From Ginkgo biloba (Eukaryota; Plantae; Ginkgophyta): a DNA stretch of 30,817 bases. This document shows, piece by piece, positions 22,700-30,817 of this stretch. Numbering within the stretch: the stretch's first letter is position 1; every line of letters begins with the position of its first letter. A model generated the notes under the pieces. It made no database searches, was not told where the DNA came from, and saw only the letters and a list, made by a program, of their open reading frames with translations. The translations under genes were made by a program, and so were the position numbers. The DNA lies in NCBI GenBank assembly GCA_024626585.2, contig JANKJI020000004.1, forward strand, positions 132,324,786 through 132,355,602, written 5' to 3'.

Positions 22700-25360
22700 C
22701 ACAAAGTAACTACTAATGGAAAAATTGTGCAATTCTAAGATCTTAAAATCAAGAAGATTAACATCGACACCACAACCAAACCTAGAAACATTATTATTAG
22801 TGATTATTGGGACACCGCTAAACAATAGATTTGTTCCAAGAATACCAAGATGTATTTGCATTGTTTTACAAGGATTTTAAAGGGATTCTTCTGACATTGA
22901 GTTGGTGTCATATTAAATTAATTAAGGTTGCCAAACCTAAGTGCCAATGCCCATTTTGTATGAATCCGCATTACAATGACCAAGTTAGAGAGAAAATTGA
23001 TAAGATGTTGGTAGCAGGGTATACTTACAAAGTGGATAAGATGCTAGAACATGGCCAGGCACAAAGTTTTTTCATTTATGGACATAGTTAGTGATTATAA
23101 CCAAGTAAGCATAATTCCTAAGGATGAATTAAATATTACATTCGTTATTGAATGGGGGATCTATGCTTACCATTTGGCCTCACCAATGCTCTGGCTAGTA
23201 TTCAATGTGTAATACTGAATATTTTTACGAAGCTAATAGGGGATAAAATTGAAGTATTTTTGGATGACAAAACACTCTACTCACTGTTGATTGATCACAT
23301 GAGCAACTTGTGAGAGATGTTACAAGTATGCCAAGAAAGTGGACTATGTCTCAATTTGGAGAAATGTAGTTTCATGGTTCCATTTGATAATCTCCTAGGC
23401 CATATTGTCAATGACGAGGTCCTCATACTGATCCAAAAAAAGTCACTCTTATCTTCGGATTTCTAGTACTGACAACAACCAAACAATTTAAAGCATTTTT
23501 AGGGTTAACTAATTATATTTGTTGATTCATATGCTACTATACCCACATTTCCTCTACAGTGGAGTAGTTGAAGAAGGCTTCTACATTTACATGGACATTA
23601 GAACACTAACTAGCCTCTGACACATTAAAAGAAAAAGTGGCTATCGAACCAATTCTTCGATATCTCGATTGGAGTAATGAAATTCGATATTCATGATAGA
23701 TGCTTCCTTGAATACAACTGGCAGTGTTCTTGTGTAACCTAGAGAACAAAACATCAATCACCCAATATATATTGCAAGGCATAATCTGTCTTACACAAAA
23801 TGTAATTACATTCTAACAAAAAGAGAAGGATTATGGATGGTCTATTCCATCCAAAAGTTTCATCACTATCTATTGGTTACTCACTTTACATTTTACGTCA
23901 ACCACCAAACATTGTTGTACTTAATCAATAAACCCATACTACAAGGATGAATTAGCCAATGGTTGCTACTCTTTTGAGAGTTTAACTTTACGGCAGCTTT
24001 CAAACTTGGAGCAAGACATAATGTTCCTAATCAACTCTCGCGAATTAACATAGTGGAAGAAGCTACAAGAGTACTTGATGCTTTTCCAAATGAAGCCTTA
24101 TTCCAAGTGGTTGCCATTTCTGACTAGAATGGTGACATTGCACAATACTTGGCGACAGTAAATATTCCCCTAGATTGGATTGAATAGAACCTTGCAACTT
24201 GGCCCATCAAGAAAAACCATACCAACTCTTTAAAAGAGTGCTCTACCATTTGGGGCCTGGCCACGGATTACATCGAAGTTCCATAGAACATGAAGTGCCA
24301 TCTATATTGTGAGAAGCCCATGAAGGTGTGGTAGAAGGTCAAGTCAGTAGCAATGGCACAATAGGAAGGTGTTATTAGGAATACATTGGTGGCCATCAAT
24401 CTTCAAGGATCCAAAAAGCAAGGCCAAAAGTTGTGAGGCTTGTCAAAGGCTGTAGAAACTTTGAGCCATACACCATTTCCCTTTACACTTGATATCGGCT
24501 CAATGTTGATTTGAGAAATGGGCTTTGCATTTTGTAGGCCCTATAAGTCCCCCTCACCTATGTAGCACAGGGTCGATATATTTAGGTCACCATGGATAAC
24601 ATCACAAAATGGGTAGAGGCAAGAACACTATACAAATGCAAAGCATACTCATTTTATCTATGAAATGATTATCACTGAGTTTGGATGTCTTGTAAAGATA
24701 GTAAGTAACCAAGGAGGTAGTTTCTAATAATAAAATTCAACATCTAACACGAGTTCATGGCAATCCATAGGAAATCCACTCATTATCCATGAGTAAATGG
24801 TTTAGCTGAAATCACAAACACGATCCTTAAGCAAGTCTTAACAAAAATCCGTAATGTGGGAAGGAATGTTGAATGACTGGGCTAAAAAGTTACATTCAGC
24901 TCTATGGGTTGATTGTACAACACCCAAATGCATAAATAGATTTACCCATTTGAATTAGTCTATGGACAAGGGGCTAATATACCTTTCAAGTTCTTAGTTC
25001 CAAGTTTGCATGTTGCCATTAAACACAGAATAGGGGATGTGGGATCCCACAATACCGATCGCATACATTAATGAAACTTGATGAAACACGTGCCATTGCT
25101 CATTGTCAATGGGAGGCCAATCAACAACAACAAAGTCTTAGCACGACAAGCACATTACGAACTTGGAATTTAGGGCTAGAGTTTTAATTCTTCTATACGA
25201 TTGCAAATTTCACATTAAACCAAGAAATTAAAAGGTTGTTGGTTAGGTTCATATAGAGTATCCAAGATTAACAATAATGGATTTGTGCATTTACAACAAT
25301 TGAATGGCGAACTTCTTCTAAAACTGGTCAATGGTAGCTAGTTTAAACCATATCACCATC
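22700..25360 (+). mobile_element. Degenerate non-chromovirus Ty3/Gypsy pol (RT-RNaseH-integrase), Athila/Tat/Phygy-Selgy-like
   Basis: Motifs appear in Ty3 order with many stops and frameshifts. RT: QEYQDVFA, MNPHY...IDKML, YNQV, EWGIYAY, PFGLTNA, EVFLDD (23251-23268), LNLEKCSF. RNase H: DAS, HPIYIA, REGL, KFHHYLL, HQTLLYLINKP, WLLL. Integrase: EAHEG, CEACQ, FEKWALHFVGPI, TKWVEA, NGLAE, DWAKKLHSALW, PFELVYG, WLGSYRV, VNGS*FKPY. No chromodomain is seen. Confidence 0.92.
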
Positions 25361-25822
25361 TAATGATAGCCAACGACTTTTGCTATAATTTAATTAATTT
25401 TGCAAAAAAAACATCAACTATGATAGCAAGACAACCTAGTGGTCTCACACTTAGACATCCACCTTATGATTGAATGGTCTTATGATCGACGATCATTGGG
25501 CTTGCAACCAAATATCCTTACAACCATCTTGCAACCAATTGTGACAACCTTACAACCAAAGATCAAATCACACTTCTACATTTTTAACAACCAACAATAT
25601 AAGGCATTATTATTATTATCAATTAGTAAATAGAGAAATAAAGGAGCTATCATGACTTCCCACGTCGTGGTTTTTCCCAAGGTGGCAACATAATGACGCA
25701 ACGATTAAAATCAATTCCCATAGCTTCTCATAATGACATATCACCTCGAATCATGGGAACAGTGGTTTTAATCATTGTTTCATTACAACCACCTCACAGA
25801 ACTATTCTATTGCGAGATCCCT

Positions 25823-26577
25823 TTGTTCCACATTAAAATTCAAGAGCATGACATTTCCCTCCATCATAATGAGTTTAAGGAATTTCCAAAGGAACATGCA
25901 ATTCACCAATCAATGGAAAAATTGGGATTAGCAATGTATATGTGCATTCCTCTAATATACGATGGACCCTTGGCATTGGCATTAGCGCTTAGACTGGTGC
26001 CATCTTGTCCTAAAGCCCTAATAATCAAAGCGCAGGCGATTCATAAGATTACAAGATNNNNNNNNNNNNNNNNNNNNNNNNNNNNNNNNNNNNNNNNNNN
26101 NNNNNNNNNNNNNNNNNNNNNNNNNNNNNNNNNNNNNNNNNNNNNNNNNNNNNNNNNCAACGGTCATAATCACTTCCCATAACTTGTAATAATGGCATAA
26201 CCCTTAGAAGCATGGGAAGTAGCGTGGGCACGGTCATACTAAATCCCTACTCTATTGTGACCAACTCACAAAACTAATCACAAGAGGACTTCGACCAACA
26301 ACAAAAAAGATGAAAGCAAGCAGAGATGGAGGAAATTATGTTGTTTCACATTGAAATTCAAGAGCATAACATTCTCTTCCATCATAAGGAGTTTGATTAT
26401 TTTCCAAAGCAACAAGCTTTACGCCAAGCAATGTAAAAATTAGGATTAGCAATGTAACCATGCATTCCCCTAGTGTATTATGAAGTGTCGTTGTTGGCCT
26501 CAGTCCTAGGAATGGTGGCATCTTGTTCAAAAGCCCTGATAATCTCCAAAAATGCGATTCACGAGGTTATAGGATTA
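25823..26577 (+). repeat. Two diverged copies (~25823-26057 and ~26341-26577) of a formerly coding segment downstream of pol
   Basis: Gap-free alignment: LFHIKIQEHDISLHHNEFKEFPKEHAIHQSMEKLGLAM versus LFHIEIQEHNILFHHKEFDYFPKQQALRQAM*KLGLAM. Confidence 0.8.
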
Positions 26578-28019
26578 CTGCAAGATGGACCAGAGTTTCC
26601 CATCACACCACAATAGGACCAAATGGTAATTGTACAACATTATTGCTCACACCCATTGGATGTGACATCCTTAGGATTAAGAGTTGATGGGCTTAAGGAT
26701 AACGACCTAAGATGGCTTATATAGTTTATTACAACAAGATTGTTGGGGAATCAAAAGTGCACCCACAATCCAACACAATTAAGGACCATGTTGAACTTGG
26801 TACAAATTGGTATGGGCTTTTAATTGGTGTGCTTTCATTTAGTTCAAGTTATTGACCTTGCTCAAGAGATTCAAAGAAGACCAACACTCTTCTTCCTTTT
26901 TTCTTCCAAACATATTTGTAGGGCTATTGTTTGCTCAATGCCTAGAGGCCGATCTACCAATTAATGATGATAGCGTAAAATTTCCATTGTTATTAGGATG
27001 GGCCTAGCAATATATGAAGGGAGATATTACAATAGTAGATGCTATAAACTTTAATGATGACTTTACAAAAATTTTAAAGTGGTTTTCTTGTGAAATATGG
27101 AGCAATAAAATTGATGAATGAAACAAGAAGCTTATCGGCAAGGGTTAATGTCCAAGACCCTGGCCTGAATGACTCTAAGCGACCAAGAACTAGTGAAGTT
27201 GGGGTTGTAATGAAGAAAAAAGATACCAACCGACGAGGATGTGTCACCAGTTGAAGCCCATCCCCTAGAAACTCACGTTTCATCCTCCCCTAAGCCAAAG
27301 ATGCAAGAAAGAAGAGTACAAACTCCTTCTTGCCTTCATAGAATTTTACACCCCAACACTTCTTCAGCAAATAGTACCTAAATAGAGGAGGGATGAATCA
27401 ATTCTACATAAACCACTTGAGTTAAAATGGGAGGACCGATTGGAATTTTTTTAAGAAAGCCTTGAGAAGAAAGAATGTAAATTATCCAATCACCAAGCCT
27501 GGAAGCCCACTTTTACTACAAACATAATTCAATCTTTAGTTAGTGACGTGGCAAGAAAAAGGCATGAGGTGTGAGTTAGGAAACCGTGGATTCTCATGTT
27601 GCAACACAAGCAACCAAGAATAAAATTAAATTTATTGATGTTTATCTTGAGGACATAGATTCGTCCATGGATACATACTAGAGGTTTATGAACAACTTTC
27701 AAAAAGAAATTCCCCTAGGTCTTGTGAAAATCATTCCCAAACTTGGTCCATGGATCTTACAGGTGGACATGGAGCAAAACAAAATATTTTATTTNNNNNN
27801 NNNNNNNNNNNNNNNNNNNNNNNNNNNNNNNNNNNNNNNNNNNNNNNNNNNNNNNNNNNNNNNNNNNNNNNNNNNNNNNNNNNNNNNNNNNNNNAAAAAA
27901 AAAGTCATATTCATTCAATAATTACTTCTAATTCCATATACTTCACAAGCTTATTTCTCAAGCATGTATTGATTAGAAGTTGGTCTAAGCAATGTATTGC
28001 TGAGATTTTCATGCTTGAG

Positions 28020-28460
28020 TTAATATTTTTTTCCTTTTAGTAAAGTATTCCTTTTTTTATACTTGGAACTAACTTTTAACCTTATTTTTTGTATTTGGTC
28101 CTTTTTTTTTCCAAATCTTGCTACTATCGTATTTACTTTAATACTTACTATTTTAATTGAAATGATTTCCTTAATGATTTTACACCTCTTGGAAATATTT
28201 GAAGTTCTCTTTCTAATGATTCTTAGAGTATTTTCTACATATCCAATACTTAAAATATTTTTTTTCAAATTGTATGTTGGGACTACTTCTAAATTTACAA
28301 CTTCATCCAATCTTGACAACTCCCTATGATGTCCACATTTCATTTCCACAATAGTGTAGATTTAAATTTTTTAGGCTATTATAACAATCTTCCATTATTT
28401 TTTAATTGCGCTTAATATCTTTTCTCAATGCAAATCCTTATTTTGTCATAATGGCATCAA
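28020..28460 (-). mobile_element. Possible highly decayed Ty1/Copia pol fragment (protease to pre-integrase region)
   Basis: VVPTYNLKKNILSIGYVE resembles the Copia V.HVP.LKKNL.S.G.L motif. The strand is very A-rich and no other motif is clear. Confidence 0.35.
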
Positions 28461-28916
28461 CCATTATGATTTGATGTCTAAATAAAAGTTGTAGATAATG
28501 TCCTAAGATTTCTAGTGATATAAAGATTTTGAAATCTCGAGATATGACTAAGAAGTTATGGTCAAATTATTGAAGTTGTGTCATAACAATTAGGTTCCAT
28601 TAAATCGCCCTAACTATTACATTGGATTCAGAGTTTATTTGTGNNNNNNNNNNNNNNNNNNNNNNNNNNNNNNNNNNNNNNNNNNNNNNNNNNGAATTGT
28701 TTCCAAAAATATAAAGAAGTTGAGAATCCAACAAATGGCTTGAAAGTTATGACATTATTCCCAAACTGCGTAGTTGTTGATTTTTCCCTAGAATTTCAAT
28801 TTACTAAAATCGATCTCTAGATCAAACATTTTATGCATTAAATACATTATTGATCATAGATTCTATAAAAATGACTATTTCATTGCGCTTTAGTTAAGAA
28901 AAATGAATGGATTGAC

Positions 28917-28999
28917 CTGGCAAAATTGAAGCTTGCATCTTTCCACCAGTGCTTCACAAGAGCAGCAGCTCCAGCATCTGGAAAGATAGCTTTTAATCG
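28917..28999 (-). CDS. Exon of a DUF1995-family protein (At5g27560-like, probably plastid-targeted)
   Basis: Minus strand reads ctatatgcAG|CGA TTA AAA GCT ATC TTT CCA GAT GCT GGA GCT GCT GCT...TTT GCC AG|GTcaat = RLKAIFPDAGAAALVKHWWKDASFNFA plus 2 nt. FPDAGAAAL is the DUF1995 signature. Canonical AG/GT boundaries, 83 nt. Confidence 0.9.
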
Positions 29000-29292
29000 C
29001 TGCATATAGTTTGTGAGAAGTCAACTTCAACAAAGATCTATAAAAATAACTCGTAAAAATCAAAACATTTTTGCAAATATACTATTAATTAAATCCAAAC
29101 AAGAATATCTAAATTTTATAATAACAATGATGTTGATCATCCTCTAACGTGAATCTCAAAATCTTCAGTTGTTGATCTTAGAGTAGACATGAAGCAAATA
29201 AATAAGTTCACCTCGCATACTTGCAATCATCATGTGATTTGATTCAACACAGCCTTGGAAAAATAATTACACTTTAACATATGGTTAAAAAT

Positions 29293-29296
<4 letters not shown>

Positions 29297-29328
<32 letters not shown>
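29297..29328. repeat. (CT)16 microsatellite running into a gap
   Basis: Read directly from the sequence. Confidence 0.97.
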
Positions 29329-29779
29329 NNNNNNNNNNNNNNNNNNNNNNNNNNNNNNNNNNNNNNNNNNNNNNNNNNNNNNNNNNNNNNNNNNNNNNNN
29401 NNNNNNNNNNNNNNNNNNNNNNNNNNNNNNNNNNNNNNNNNNNNNNNNNNNNNNNNNNNNNNNNNNNNNNNNNNNNNNNNNNNNNNNNNNNNNNNNNNNN
29501 NNNNNNNNNNNNNNNNNNNNNNNNNNNNNNNNNNNNNNNNNNNNNNNNNNNNNNNNNNNNNNNNNNNNNNNNNNGCATATGAAAATAACATTCCATAACA
29601 ACATATATTCGAAAACTAAACTAAACACATTCCATAACATTCACATAAATAATTCAAAATCCACTCATAATATCGATAATTTGAACAATTAGTCTTTATT
29701 TCTTTAGCGTCAGAGCTTAACATTGCTTGGCTCTTGGTTAAACTTAGCTAGCTATTTGACTTAAACAAAATTATCCTAC

Positions 29780-30817
29780 TTACTTTTCTCGCCTACGTAA
29801 CATTGACCTTTTACACTTTAGAATATTCTCTTTCTAGGCTTTTACATTACAACATAAAAATGAAATAAAAAGCCTTTCCTTCCAATCCAACCCTTCTTCT
29901 AACACTTCACCCTTCAAGTTTGATTTCTAGTTCAATTTGTCTAAGGGTTCCAACTTGATCTTTGCGGTATTTGTCGGCATGCATCTTGAGTAAGATTGCT
30001 TGATGATAACTTGCCTCCTCTTTGACCCAAAACCATTTTCTATAACAACTCTGCTATTAAAACAAGTACCTCAAGAACAATTCCTATGTTGTTAAATTAT
30101 TTCACTAACTTCTACAACCTTTTGCCTTTAGCACTTGCTCCAATGATGTTGGTTTATCTTTTGTTTCGTGAAGGATGATATTCCTTTGAGTTCTTTCTCC
30201 AGCTTATGTTTTTCTTCTTTCAAGACATCCGCTAATGAATACCTTATAGCTTTACTGTGCCTTACCAATGTTGGATTTGCACGCATTTGGTAAACATCCA
30301 CCATTCTATTCCACTTTGTCCACAAGTCTAGTCGCAATCTATATATCTCCTAAGTCAATCCTTTATACATCTTCACTTTTATCTCTACATGCGTCGAGGC
30401 TTCCCAGTTCCTTGCTAATAATAATTGGCACTAAAGATTTTCTTTTTCGTTTTCTATTGAGCTGCGCTTTGAAAGTATAGCAATGAATTGAGCATGAAAC
30501 TTCACTTTCTTTGTTGCCNNNNNNNNNNNTCACCCTTCTTGTTTTGCACCCACTCTTGCATGTCCTACTATAATCTCTCCACTTTACATGATCCCTTTCA
30601 TCTTGGCTCCCTAACCAATTAGCTATCCTTACTAGCTTTTTGTTCCCATAAGAAATTGAAAACTTTGTTCCTCATTTTGTGATCAAACCTTTCCTATATT
30701 TTCTTTTTCAACTCTTCCAAATTTACCCTCATCCAATACGTCTTTGATCTCATCCGACTCTTGCTTGGTACCCTTGAGCTTCTTTTTGCTCTTTTCAAGG
30801 TTCTCTTTATAGCCATC
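29780..30817 (-). mobile_element. Decayed coding-like sequence, probably a retroelement gag/accessory region
   Basis: Purine-rich minus strand with broken K/E-rich frames; no diagnostic motif. Confidence 0.25.

Larger units (their letters stand above)
16365..28916 (-). other. ~12.5 kb GT-AG intron of the DUF1995 gene, filled with retroelement remnants
   Basis: GT donor at 28916-28915, AG acceptor at 16366-16365, and compatible phase. True length is uncertain because four 100-N gaps lie inside it. Confidence 0.75.

Overview
AT-rich eukaryotic DNA from a land plant with a large, repeat-rich genome. The retroelement types and long introns suggest a non-angiosperm such as a lycophyte, fern or gymnosperm, but this is inference. 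The assembly is a fragmented draft: ten gaps of exactly 100 N plus many other gaps, so long-range adjacency is unproven. Pieces of two convergent host genes are recognisable. (1) A large + strand exon (7277-7977) of the Agenet/Tudor protein family SWO1/G2484-1, with motifs FGVPK..KKRKFM.VS.HY and EPRRSNRRIQPTSR followed by a GT donor. (2) Two consecutive - strand exons (28917-28999 and 16250-16364) of a DUF1995 protein like At5g27560; they splice in frame across a ~12.5 kb intron filled with retrotransposons. Most of the rest is decayed LTR retrotransposon: a near-complete non-chromovirus Ty3/Gypsy pol, a chromovirus integrase with chromodomain, an LTR plus gag, a protease fragment, a probable Copia fragment and several LTR families. 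The most interesting signals are: an LTR whose primer-binding position is complementary to its own predicted transcript start rather than to a tRNA (Tf1-like self-priming); a 144-bp loopless palindrome; a duplicated unknown ORF downstream of pol; and two convergent genes that both lack visible 3' exons. There is no evidence for a prokaryotic-type system such as CRISPR or an operon.
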